DNA of 35,973 nucleotides from an uncultured bacterium (GTDB lineage Bacteria; Abyssobacteria; SURF-5), in NCBI GenBank assembly GCA_964607485.1, contig CAZSKP010000043.1, positions 1-35,973 on the forward strand, read 5' to 3'. The translations under genes and the position numbers were made by a program. The notes beneath the pieces were generated by a model. The model was given only the letters and a program-made list of their open reading frames with translations. It was not told the origin of the DNA and did no database searches. The number at the start of each line of letters is the position of its first letter. Positions within the stretch are counted from its first letter, which is position 1. Below, piece by piece: positions 26,150-34,484 of this stretch.

Positions 26150-28075
26150 ATGAGAGAGTTCTGGCAAAAACTCCTGTCACGAGGCAATAAGGTGCAGAAC
26201 AAGATCTTCTTGCCCTTCGTGGCCGTGATGGTGTTGATAGGCGTGCTCATCATTTACGTCATGACCGACCTTGTTTCCAGAAACGTCGAGGCGAGAGTCA
26301 ACGAGAAACTCGAAAACGATGTCCGACTCGTCCAGGAAATCGTCTCGGACATGGAAAAAAGCCTGTCATTCTACGCCCAGTTCATCGCCGATACCGAAAA
26401 ACTCTCGGGGCACGTTTCCGAGGAGAAAGACAGCCGGCTCATCCTCATATATCTTCTGGAGTTCTTAAGGGAAAACCGGATATTCTCCGACATCGGCGGC
26501 GGCGGCCGGCTCGCCGCCAGCAACCCCGGTCTGAGCCGCCTCGGGATGCTCGGAATCAGGACGACCGGCCTGGTTGCAAATGAGCGGCGGGGCGAGACCA
26601 CGCTTGCCGTCGCGGCGGTGTCTCCTATCGAGGGACGGGCCGGCAGCCGGTCGGTGATAACGGTTTCAAAAAGGATAGATAGGGAGTTTCTCCAGGAACT
26701 GCGCCAAAAATCGGGCGCTTACAGGATTCAGGTGTACTATCGGGGGAAACTCGTGGAATCCAGCTCCGACGACGAGAAGTGCGATGAGCTCATCAGGCAA
26801 GAGCTGACTCCCAGGGTCGTCGCTCGCACTTTGGCCGGAAACGAGCCTCACTTTGCGGAGTTCGACTGCGGCTCGCATTCCGTACGAGCGGCCCTCGCTC
26901 CGATAACCATCAACTTCAAGAAGGAGGCCCTGATAGCCGTTTTCGAGTCGGTGGACGATCTGGCGAAGGCCAAGCGGAACATCCTCATCACCACGGTGGT
27001 TGTGGTCGGGCTGATGCTCCTGATCGTCGTGCCCGTCTACACGCTGACGGTCTCGTACACCGTCGGGCCGATTCGCGAACTCTCGCGGGCAAGCAAGGCG
27101 GTCGCAGAGGGCAGGCTGGACCAATATGTGCCCGTGAGGACGAGGGACGAGGTGGGTGAGCTGAGCGAGTCGTTCAACAGGATGGTCGAGGACCTTGGGA
27201 AATACAGAACGGAACTCGAGCAGTTGAACCAGACGCTCGAACAGCGCGTGGCCGAGCGGGGCCGACAACTGGCCGAAGCCCAGGCCAAGCTCATTCAATC
27301 CACCAAGCTGGCCGCCGTCGGCGAACTCGCGGCGGGATTGGCTCACGAACTGAACAATCCGCTCGCCGGCATCTACGCTTTCCTTCAGGTGTTCGCCGAG
27401 GCGATACGGTCGCGCGGGCTCAGAAACCTGAGCGAGGCCGAGGCACGGAGCTTTCAGGAGAACCTCGTGTACGTGGAGCGCGAGATCCAACGGTGCAAGT
27501 CGATAGTCGGCAGCCTGCTCACCTTCGCCCGTGTTTCCGAAAAACATTTCACGCTGGTGGATTTGAACAAAGTGGTTAGCGGCACCGTAGGCTTCATGCA
27601 GAGCAACCTCAGAAAAGGCAACGTCGAGGTGGAGACCCGTTTCGCAGAGAATCTGCCCCCGGTTCAGGGCGACTCGAACGAGTTGCAGCAGGTCTTCCTC
27701 AACATCATCGTGAACGCCCGCAAGGCGATGCCCGAGGGAGGCAGGCTCACCGTCACGACGAGCGTGAGCGAGGAAGACCACGCCGTGCGCGCGTCGATCT
27801 CCGATACGGGAGGCGGCATCAGGCCGGAAATAATGGATAAGATCTTCGACCCCTTCTTCACGACCCGCGAGCCGGGAGAAGGCACGGGGCTGGGGCTGTC
27901 TATCAGCTACGGGATCATCAAAGACCACAACGGCGAGATAGTGGTGGAGAGCAGGGTGGGCGAGGGGAGCACCTTCAGCGTAATCCTGCCTGCGGCGGGC
28001 GAGAAGGGCGCGGACGATGTTTCCGTGCTCGGTGGAGGAGTATTTGAAAAAGACTCGAACGAGACGCGGGCCTGA
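26150..28075 (+). CDS. Membrane sensor histidine kinase (2 TM, periplasmic domain, HAMP, HisKA, HATPase)
   Basis: Start at ATG 26150. HAMP 'GPIRELSRASKAVAEGRL...DEVGELSESFNRM', H-box 'LAHELNNPL', N-box 'QVFLNIIVNA', 'DTGGGI', 'FDPFFTT', 'GTGLGL'. Confidence 0.93.
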   Translation: MREFWQKLLSRGNKVQNKIFLPFVAVMVLIGVLIIYVMTDLVSRNVEARVNEKLENDVRLVQEIVSDMEKSLSFYAQFIADTEKLSGHVSEEKDSRLILIYLLEFLRENRIFSDIGGGGRLAASNPGLSRLGMLGIRTTGLVANERRGETTLAVAAVSPIEGRAGSRSVITVSKRIDREFLQELRQKSGAYRIQVYYRGKLVESSSDDEKCDELIRQELTPRVVARTLAGNEPHFAEFDCGSHSVRAALAPITINFKKEALIAVFESVDDLAKAKRNILITTVVVVGLMLLIVVPVYTLTVSYTVGPIRELSRASKAVAEGRLDQYVPVRTRDEVGELSESFNRMVEDLGKYRTELEQLNQTLEQRVAERGRQLAEAQAKLIQSTKLAAVGELAAGLAHELNNPLAGIYAFLQVFAEAIRSRGLRNLSEAEARSFQENLVYVEREIQRCKSIVGSLLTFARVSEKHFTLVDLNKVVSGTVGFMQSNLRKGNVEVETRFAENLPPVQGDSNELQQVFLNIIVNARKAMPEGGRLTVTTSVSEEDHAVRASISDTGGGIRPEIMDKIFDPFFTTREPGEGTGLGLSISYGIIKDHNGEIVVESRVGEGSTFSVILPAAGEKGADDVSVLGGGVFEKDSNETRA

Positions 28076-28123
28076 GTCGATTTCGGGAAACCGTACGGAT
28101 GACACTTTCTCCAGAAGGAAATC

Positions 28124-29494
28124 ATGGGAAAAGCCAAAATACTGATCGTGGACGATGAGCACCTCATAAGGTGGTCGCTCGATAAGGACCTTCAGCAGTC
28201 GGGCTACGACACCCGGCAGGCGGCCTCCGGAGAGGAAGCGCTCGCCATGATGGAGGAGGGCGAGCCCGATGTCGTGCTCCTCGACCTCAGGATGCCCGGC
28301 ATCGACGGCTTCAAGGTGATGGAGGAGGCGAAGAGGAAGGAGCTTCAGCCGCTGTTCATCATCGTCACGGGAGCGGGCGACGTCAAGACGGCAGTCAGGG
28401 CCGTCAAGGAAGGCGCCGTCGATTACATCTGCAAGCCCTTCGAGATCGAAGACGTGGAACTTCGAATCGAGATGGCGCTTGAGGGCGCAAGGATGCGGCG
28501 CGAGCTCGACAGCCTCAAAGACGAGTTGAAGGCGCAGTACGGGTTTGAAAACCTGATAGGCAATGCCCCCGTGATGAAGGAGGTCTTCTCGACGGTGCGA
28601 AAAGTGGCGGCGAGCAAGTTTTCGACCGTCCTGCTCCAGGGAGAAAGCGGCACCGGCAAGGACCTCATCGCAAGGACCATTCATTCGCTCAGCGACCGTG
28701 CCCAGGCCGTTTTTCTGGACATCAACTGCTCCGCATTTCCGGAGACCCTGCTGGAGAGCGAGTTGTTCGGACATGAAAGAGGCGCTTTCACCGGCGCGCG
28801 GGCCCTGAAAAAAGGGCTCTTCGAGCTTGCCGAGGCAGGCACCATCTATCTGGATGAGATCGGCGACATGCCGCTCTCGCTCCAGGGAAAGCTGCTTAAG
28901 GCCATCGAGACGAAACGGTTTCGAAGGGTGGGCGGCACCGTCGAAATCAGCGTGGACGTGAGGATTATCGCCGCCACAAACAAGAACCTCAAGGTCGAGG
29001 TCGAGGCGGGGAGATTCCGGAACGACCTCTTCTACAGGCTTCAGGTGATCCCGATATACCTGCCCCCTCTGCGGGAGCATCCCGAGGATATTCCGGAGCT
29101 GCTCGAGTTCTTCATCCGCAAGTTCAACGAAGAATTCAAGAAGACTGTGAGCGGCATCTCTCCCGAGGCGCTTGACCTTCTGAAGAAATATCCCTGGCCG
29201 GGCAATGTCCGCGAGCTGAGAAACGTGATCGAACGGGTGCTCATTCTTGAAACCAAAGAACGCATCGAGGCCGAGGACCTGCCCCCTGAAATGACCGATT
29301 TCTTCGAAGGAGCCCGGAAGGCGTCGTTGGTGCATGAGTTCCCCTCCACAGGGCTCTCGCTCGAAGACGTAGAGAGGGAGCTCATCATCAAAGCGCTGAA
29401 CATGGCCAACGGCAACCAGACCCGCGCCGCCGAGCTTCTCGGCATCTCTCGCGACACCCTTCGCTACAGGCTTCAGAAGTTCGGGCTGAAATAG
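28124..29494 (+). CDS. Sigma54-dependent (NtrC/AtoC-family) response regulator
   Basis: Receiver 'ILIVDDE...LLDLRMPG', Walker A 'GESGTGK', 'GAFTGA', 'YLDEIG', 'WPGNVRELRN', Fis-type HTH 'GNQTRAAELLGISRDTLRYRL'. Confidence 0.96.
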   Translation: MGKAKILIVDDEHLIRWSLDKDLQQSGYDTRQAASGEEALAMMEEGEPDVVLLDLRMPGIDGFKVMEEAKRKELQPLFIIVTGAGDVKTAVRAVKEGAVDYICKPFEIEDVELRIEMALEGARMRRELDSLKDELKAQYGFENLIGNAPVMKEVFSTVRKVAASKFSTVLLQGESGTGKDLIARTIHSLSDRAQAVFLDINCSAFPETLLESELFGHERGAFTGARALKKGLFELAEAGTIYLDEIGDMPLSLQGKLLKAIETKRFRRVGGTVEISVDVRIIAATNKNLKVEVEAGRFRNDLFYRLQVIPIYLPPLREHPEDIPELLEFFIRKFNEEFKKTVSGISPEALDLLKKYPWPGNVRELRNVIERVLILETKERIEAEDLPPEMTDFFEGARKASLVHEFPSTGLSLEDVERELIIKALNMANGNQTRAAELLGISRDTLRYRLQKFGLK

Positions 29495-29609
29495 GGCGTC
29501 TGACCTCCTCGCTGCTCCGCAAGTTATTTATTGTAAAACATTTACGCTCGGCCTCTGCCGTCTTCAAACCTTGCCTTTTTACCTCGAAAATGACAGTATA
29601 AATAGGAAC

Positions 29610-29637
29610 TCAGTGGCAAGATTCTCTTGCCGGTGAG
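29610..29637 (+). promoter_or_regulatory. Inverted repeat abutting the DUF378 ribosome-binding site
   Basis: Perfect GGCAAGA-TTC-TCTTGCC (29615-29631), extendable by CTCA/TGAG pairing into the TGAGGAGG RBS. Confidence 0.4.
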
Positions 29638-29649
29638 GAGGAAAATCCA

Positions 29650-29889
29650 ATGGAAAGAATAGAAGAGATGATGAAGAGCGTCGATGTAATCACGCTGTTT
29701 TTGGTCGTTGTGGGAGCCCTGAATTGGGGGCTTTTGGGCATATTCTCATTCGACCTGTTTGCGACTGTATTCGGTCCCATGACCGTATTGACCAGGATCG
29801 TGTACACGTTGATCGGCGTGGCGGGAATCTACCAATTGTCGCAGTTCAAGATTATGCACAGCAGATGGACACACGCCGAGGCCCACTAA
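29650..29889 (+). CDS. DUF378 (YuzA-like) small membrane protein
   Basis: 'LVVVGALNWGLLGIFSFDLFATVFG...TRIVYTLIGVAGIY'; RBS GAGGAGG. Confidence 0.92.
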   Translation: MERIEEMMKSVDVITLFLVVVGALNWGLLGIFSFDLFATVFGPMTVLTRIVYTLIGVAGIYQLSQFKIMHSRWTHAEAH

Positions 29890-29919
29890 GACAACCGAAA
29901 CGCTGATGCATCTTACCGC

Positions 29920-29956
29920 GAGCCTGTGCGGGAGCCATTCCCGCACAGGCTCTTGC
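29920..29956 (+). terminator. Strong hairpin, probable terminator after DUF378
   Basis: 14-bp perfect stem GAGCCTGTGCGGGA / TCCCGCACAGGCTC with a 5-nt loop; the U-tract is weak. Confidence 0.55.
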
Positions 29957-30072
29957 ATTAATTGGCGACAGGACAGGACTGTTCAGCAAGGTAATCGCAT
30001 CACGCTGTTGAGGAGACGCGATAACGCTTCACATTCGCTCCTGCATCCTACCGGACCATCGGGAAATCACCG

Positions 30073-30168
30073 GTAGGGGCAACCCCCCGTGGTTGCCCGT
30101 CTTTTCCCACAATATACAACTATAACCATCCGCAGGCGCGCGGGGCAGACACAGGGACCTGCCCCTAC
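30073..30168. repeat. GTAG-type REP doublet (REPIN/BIME-like)
   Basis: GTAGGGGCAACCCCCCGTGGTTGCCC (30073-30098, +) and an inverted partner GTAGGGGCAGGTCCCTGTGTCTGCCC (30143-30168, -). Each is GTAG plus an imperfect hairpin. Confidence 0.8.
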
Positions 30169-30365
30169 ACAGTCCCCGAACGGCCGCTTCTCTTTTTCTA
30201 TGCCGGAGATATTGCTCCTGTCCCCGATCTTCTGTCCGATTTGCGATTCAACACAAGATGGTATAAGGTAATCCTAGTACATCCGATTGCACGTCGGCCT
30301 CGCGCCTGATTTCTCCTCAAGATGTCCGGCTACGAACAACATCCGCAACTCGACAGGAGGGCTTT

Positions 30366-31427
30366 ATGGATGAGATATTGCAGAGCTGGGAGGCATTCGC
30401 CCGGCCCGTGGGCATTCTGGGAGGCGCGGTCATCCTGGGGCTCATCGGGCACTTTGTCCTGTTCAGGATAGCCGGGTCGCTGGCCCGGCGCACCTCGACG
30501 AAGCTGGATGAATCGCTCGTGAAACATTGTCGTGGACCCTCACGCATAGTCATTCCCCTCCTGACGGTTCAGTTGCTCTTGCCGCTCCTCAAGGTCTCTC
30601 CGGGCATCCAGACTTTCGTCAACCAGGCGTTCAGCATCCTCCTGATTCTCTCGGTGGGATGGCTGATCATACGAGCGACCAACATCGTCGAGGACCTCAT
30701 ATTCCACGAGTACAGAATCGATGTTGCGGACAATCTCGAAGCCAGAAAGATTCACACCCAGATCGGGGTCCTGAAGAAGGTCGTCATCGTCATCGTCGCA
30801 GTGCTGACCCTGGCGACCGTCCTCATGACGTTCGAGAAGGTCCGCCAACTGGGAACCAGCATCTTGGCCTCTGCGGGCATAGCCGGGATCATCGTCGGCT
30901 TCGCGGCGCAACGCTCCATCGCCACCCTGGTGGCCGGTTTTCAGATAGCCATGACCCAGCCGATCCGGATAGATGATGTGGTCATCGTGGAGGGAGAATG
31001 GGGGCGGATAGAGGAAATCACTTTGACGTATGTGGTCGTGCGAATCTGGGACTTGAGAAGGCTGATAGTGCCCATAACCTACTTCCTCGAAAAACCGTTC
31101 CAGAACTGGACCCGCGTTTCCGCCGACCTTCTGGGCACCGTCTTTCTGTACGTTGATTATACCGTCCCGATTCAAGAGGTGCGCGAAGAGTTGCAGCGGC
31201 TTGTGAAAGAATCGAACCGCTGGGATGGCAAGGTGTGTGTCCTGCAGGCGACCGACGCCACCGAGCATACGCTGGAGCTGAGAGCGCTGGTGAGCGCCGC
31301 CGATTCGTCCCGCGCGTGGGATTTGCGCTGCGAAGTCAGGGAAAAGCTCCTCGAATTTGTTCAGAAGAACTATCCCGGCAGCCTGCCGAGGGTGCGCGCC
31401 GAACTCAGGGAATCGGCCAAACAATAG
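30366..31427 (+). CDS. mscS: Small-conductance mechanosensitive channel (MscS family)
   Basis: RBS AGGAGG; TM helices. 'SILASAGIAGIIVGFAAQ', 'QPIRIDDVVIVEGEWGRIEEITLTY', 'WDLRRLIVP', 'FQNWTR', 'WDLRCEVREKL'. Confidence 0.92.
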   Translation: MDEILQSWEAFARPVGILGGAVILGLIGHFVLFRIAGSLARRTSTKLDESLVKHCRGPSRIVIPLLTVQLLLPLLKVSPGIQTFVNQAFSILLILSVGWLIIRATNIVEDLIFHEYRIDVADNLEARKIHTQIGVLKKVVIVIVAVLTLATVLMTFEKVRQLGTSILASAGIAGIIVGFAAQRSIATLVAGFQIAMTQPIRIDDVVIVEGEWGRIEEITLTYVVVRIWDLRRLIVPITYFLEKPFQNWTRVSADLLGTVFLYVDYTVPIQEVREELQRLVKESNRWDGKVCVLQATDATEHTLELRALVSAADSSRAWDLRCEVREKLLEFVQKNYPGSLPRVRAELRESAKQ

Positions 31428-31452
31428 CTCATTACTTGTGGCGGTGACGACG

Positions 31453-32046
31453 ATGCCAAAGAAGGACTCGCTCAAGAATTACCGCGAGAAGCGCGATTTC
31501 CGCCGCGCCTCTGAGCCGTCCGGCGGGAAGAAACGCTCATCCGACCGGCCCATCTTCGTCGTTCAGAAGCACGATGCCAGCCGGCTTCACTACGACTTCC
31601 GTCTCGAGGTCGAGGGAGTCCTCAAATCGTGGGCCGTGCCCAAGGGGCCTTCCACCGACCCGCGCGATAAACGACTGGCCGTCCCAACCGAAGACCATCC
31701 CCTCGACTATGCCGACTTCGAGGGGGTCATCCCCGAGGGACAGTACGGAGCGGGCACGGTGCTGGTCTGGGACACAGGCGCCTACCGGAACCTTAAGGAG
31801 AAAGGCGGGAAACCCGTCCCGATGGCGCAGGCCGTCGAGGACGGACACGTGACGGTGTGGCTCGAAGGGAAGAAACTCAGAGGAGGCTATGCCCTGACCC
31901 GCTTCAAGAAGGGGAAGGATGAAAGCTGGTTACTGGTGAAAATGAACGATGAAGAGGCCGATGCGCGCCGCAATCCGGTGAACACTCAGCCCGAGTCCGT
32001 TCTCGGCGGACGCACCCTCGAAGAGATCGCGAAGGGGAGGGGATGA
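31453..32046 (+). CDS. Stand-alone DNA ligase D 3'-phosphoesterase (PE) domain protein
   Basis: 'YREKRDF...EP', 'FVVQKHDASRLHYDFRLE', 'SWAVPKGPS', 'KRLAVPTEDHPLDYADFEGVIPEGQYGAG', 'WDTGAY', 'WLLVK'. Start at ATG 31453. Confidence 0.93.
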   Translation: MPKKDSLKNYREKRDFRRASEPSGGKKRSSDRPIFVVQKHDASRLHYDFRLEVEGVLKSWAVPKGPSTDPRDKRLAVPTEDHPLDYADFEGVIPEGQYGAGTVLVWDTGAYRNLKEKGGKPVPMAQAVEDGHVTVWLEGKKLRGGYALTRFKKGKDESWLLVKMNDEEADARRNPVNTQPESVLGGRTLEEIAKGRG

Positions 32047-32084
32047 GCGCAGCCCGTTGGGATGCTTTCTCCATGAATTGCAGT

Positions 32085-32867
32085 TCAGGGACGTTTTCCT
32101 TTGCTCAAAATTTCCACCATCTGCGAGTGTATCCTGCCGTTGCTCGCGACGACTTCTCTTGAATATATGCTGAGCGGCTCGCCTCCGAGGTGAGTGACCC
32201 TGCCTCCCGCCTCCTCGACGAACAGAGTCCCCGCCGCCACATCCCACGGGAATAGCTTCAGTTCCCAGTAGCCGTCGAAGCGGCTCATGGCCGTGTAGCA
32301 CAGGTCCAGGGCGGCGGACCCAATCCGCCTGAGAGCCTGGGCGCGGGGAAGCATCGCGCTCCAATGGTCGGTGTTATTAACGTCGCTCGTTCGGAGGTCA
32401 TAGGGAAAGCCAGTGGCGAGAAGAGAGTCGGTGAGGTCGTCTGTCTTCGACACCTCGATACGGCTCCCGTTCATTGTGGCGCCACCGCCGCGTCTCCCCG
32501 TGAACAGCTCGTCACGGGTCGGGTCATATACCGCCCCGAGTTCGACGACGCCCTCGATTTCGAGCGCCACGGAGACGGAGAAGGCGGGAAGACCATGAGC
32601 GTAATTCGTGGTGCCGTCGAGCGGGTCGATAATCCACCGGAAGGCCGCTTCTTTTCTCGGCACATCGCTCTCCTCGGCCAATATCTGATGGTCGGGATAC
32701 GCCCTGTGTATCTTCTCTTTTATGAGCTCCTCCGACTTCACATCCATCTCCGTCACCAGATTGATCTCTCCTTTGTGCTTCACCCAGCCGATCCTGTTCA
32801 AGCCTTCGCGGAGCACCTTGCCCGCCGAGGTGGCGGCCTCTATCGCCAGTTCCAGGAATTCGTCCAC
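32085..32867 (-). CDS. suhB: Inositol monophosphatase family protein (SuhB)
   Basis: 'NLVTEMD', 'LAEE', 'WIIDPLDGTTNYAHG', 'LATGFPYD', 'RRIGSAALDL', 'PWDVAAG'. GTG start after GGAAGGAG. Confidence 0.9.
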   Translation of the reverse strand: MDEFLELAIEAATSAGKVLREGLNRIGWVKHKGEINLVTEMDVKSEELIKEKIHRAYPDHQILAEESDVPRKEAAFRWIIDPLDGTTNYAHGLPAFSVSVALEIEGVVELGAVYDPTRDELFTGRRGGGATMNGSRIEVSKTDDLTDSLLATGFPYDLRTSDVNNTDHWSAMLPRAQALRRIGSAALDLCYTAMSRFDGYWELKLFPWDVAAGTLFVEEAGGRVTHLGGEPLSIYSREVVASNGRIHSQMVEILSKGKRP

Positions 32868-32990
32868 CTGTCAAAATCTCCTTCCGATGTGCCTGCCAAA
32901 AGCAGCCCGTCCGTTTTCCATAAGTCTTTGAATGATAATGTGTTAAACGATAAACACCGTTCCTGCCATTCACATTTTTGTAATTTGGAG

Positions 32991-33002
32991 CTATAATTAT
33001 AG
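32991..33002. promoter_or_regulatory. Palindromic back-to-back -10 elements in a divergent intergenic region
   Basis: Perfect palindrome CTATAATTATAG gives TATAAT on both strands between suhB (-) and the hypothetical gene (+). Confidence 0.4.
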
Positions 33003-33087
33003 GGAAAGAATTGCTGCATTACAAGCTCGATGTTGCCGATAATAGTTGTGGGGACGCTTCCAGCCCCACAAAGGGTGTGAGCAGAAA

Positions 33088-33390
33088 ATGCAACCGAAAC
33101 CCATCGATTCACGCCATATTCTGGATATCGACGCACAGAAGAGACTCGTCGATATGGAAGGCATCATTCAACACCTGCGCAGCGTGCGCGGCAACAAGGA
33201 ACATCCCGCCGAGACCGATTACGACATCATACACGACGAGGCGACCCGTCGCGACCGCGAGAGAGCCGCAAAGGAAATTGTCAAACGGTTGAAGAAGGCT
33301 CGCACAGAACCGGTGCCTCCCGAAGAAGCATCCGAGGGTGCGAAAACTCCGTCGAACGGCCGGGGCTCCCATCTGGACATCGAGGCCTGA
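33088..33390 (+). CDS. Hypothetical protein (100 aa) with a C-terminal GxxLDIxA motif
   Basis: Fills the suhB-hisC gap; charged, hydrophilic composition; ends 'GRGSHLDIEA'. ATG 33088 follows AAGGGTG. Confidence 0.6.
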   Translation: MQPKPIDSRHILDIDAQKRLVDMEGIIQHLRSVRGNKEHPAETDYDIIHDEATRRDRERAAKEIVKRLKKARTEPVPPEEASEGAKTPSNGRGSHLDIEA

Positions 33391-33422
33391 CTCCCGAAAG
33401 ACGAAGCGCGACGCGGTGAGCC

Positions 33423-34484
33423 TCATCCGCCGGTTTTCTGACCTTTCACGATATCAGCGAGTTCCTTCAGGAGCGCATCGACCTCCTCATCCGTGCCCAC
33501 CGTTATCCTGAGACAGTCATCGAGACGCCGGAGCGGGAAGTATCTGACCAGTATCTTCCTCCGCTTCAGCTCCTCGTACAGACCCCGGGCGTCGCCCTTC
33601 GGGTATCTCGCCAACACGAAATTCGATTCGGACGGATACACCCCGAAGCCGAGCTTCCTAAGGCCCTCCGACATACGCTCCCGCGTGCTCACTATCTTCT
33701 TCACGTTTGCGCGCATATGCTCGAGGTCCTCAAGCGCCGCCTCCGCCGCCAGTTGGCTCAGCAGGTTCACGTTGTAGGAGTCCTTCGTTTTCATCAGATC
33801 GGCGATGTGTTCCTCGCGCGCCAGCGCAAACCCGACGCGGATCGAGGCGAGCGAAAACGACTTTGAGAACGTCCTCAGAATCATCAGGTTCGCGCACTCT
33901 TGCAGGAGCGGTATGCACGAGCTCTGGCCGAAGTCGACATATGCCTCGTCGGCGATCACCAGGCCGGGGAACGAGCGGCATAGTCTCGCCATCGCATCAC
34001 GCGCGACCGGCTTTCCGGTCGGAGAGTTCGGGTTGGCCACGAAGAGGAGCTTCCCGCTCTTTCGGAACAGTTCCTCCGGCAGGTCGAAGTCGTCGTCCAG
34101 ATCGACCGCCTCGCACCCCACCCCGTTGAGGTTGGCGAGTGTCTCATAGAGCACGTAGGACGGATATGTGAACACGACCTTTTCGTCGGCATCGACGAAC
34201 GTGCGAACGAGCAGGCTGAGCACTTCGTCGGAACCGTTGCCGACGAACACCTGCCCGGGTTCGACGCCGTACACCTGCGATATCTTCGAGCGCAGCCGCC
34301 GGTAAACGGGGTCCGGATATTTGCGCATGCGCTCTCCGTTCACGCCCTTGATGGCCTCGAACACACGGGGAGACGCAGGGTACGGATTCTCGTTCGTGTT
34401 CAGCTTTATGAAGCCGTCCTCGGCCGGCTGTTCGCCGGGAACGTACCCCTGCACTTCCGTCAGATGTCTGCGCGCATACTTCAT
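33423..34484 (-). CDS. hisC: Histidinol-phosphate aminotransferase
   Basis: 'YVPGEQP', 'IKLNTNENPY', 'GNGSDE', 'NPNSPTG', 'DEAYVDF', PLP Lys in 'RTFSKSFSLASIRVG', 'LRITVGT'. Overlaps the hisD stop. Confidence 0.96.
   Translation of the reverse strand: MKYARRHLTEVQGYVPGEQPAEDGFIKLNTNENPYPASPRVFEAIKGVNGERMRKYPDPVYRRLRSKISQVYGVEPGQVFVGNGSDEVLSLLVRTFVDADEKVVFTYPSYVLYETLANLNGVGCEAVDLDDDFDLPEELFRKSGKLLFVANPNSPTGKPVARDAMARLCRSFPGLVIADEAYVDFGQSSCIPLLQECANLMILRTFSKSFSLASIRVGFALAREEHIADLMKTKDSYNVNLLSQLAAEAALEDLEHMRANVKKIVSTRERMSEGLRKLGFGVYPSESNFVLARYPKGDARGLYEELKRRKILVRYFPLRRLDDCLRITVGTDEEVDALLKELADIVKGQKTGG

Noticed and set aside
26666-29335. 889-aa minus-strand ORF
   Set aside because: Antisense shadow of the well-supported kinase and response regulator genes.
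29614-29630. Possible sigma54 -24/-12 promoter TGGCAAGATTCTCTTGC upstream of DUF378
   Set aside because: GG-to-GC distance is 14 rather than the strict 12; better explained as a palindrome.
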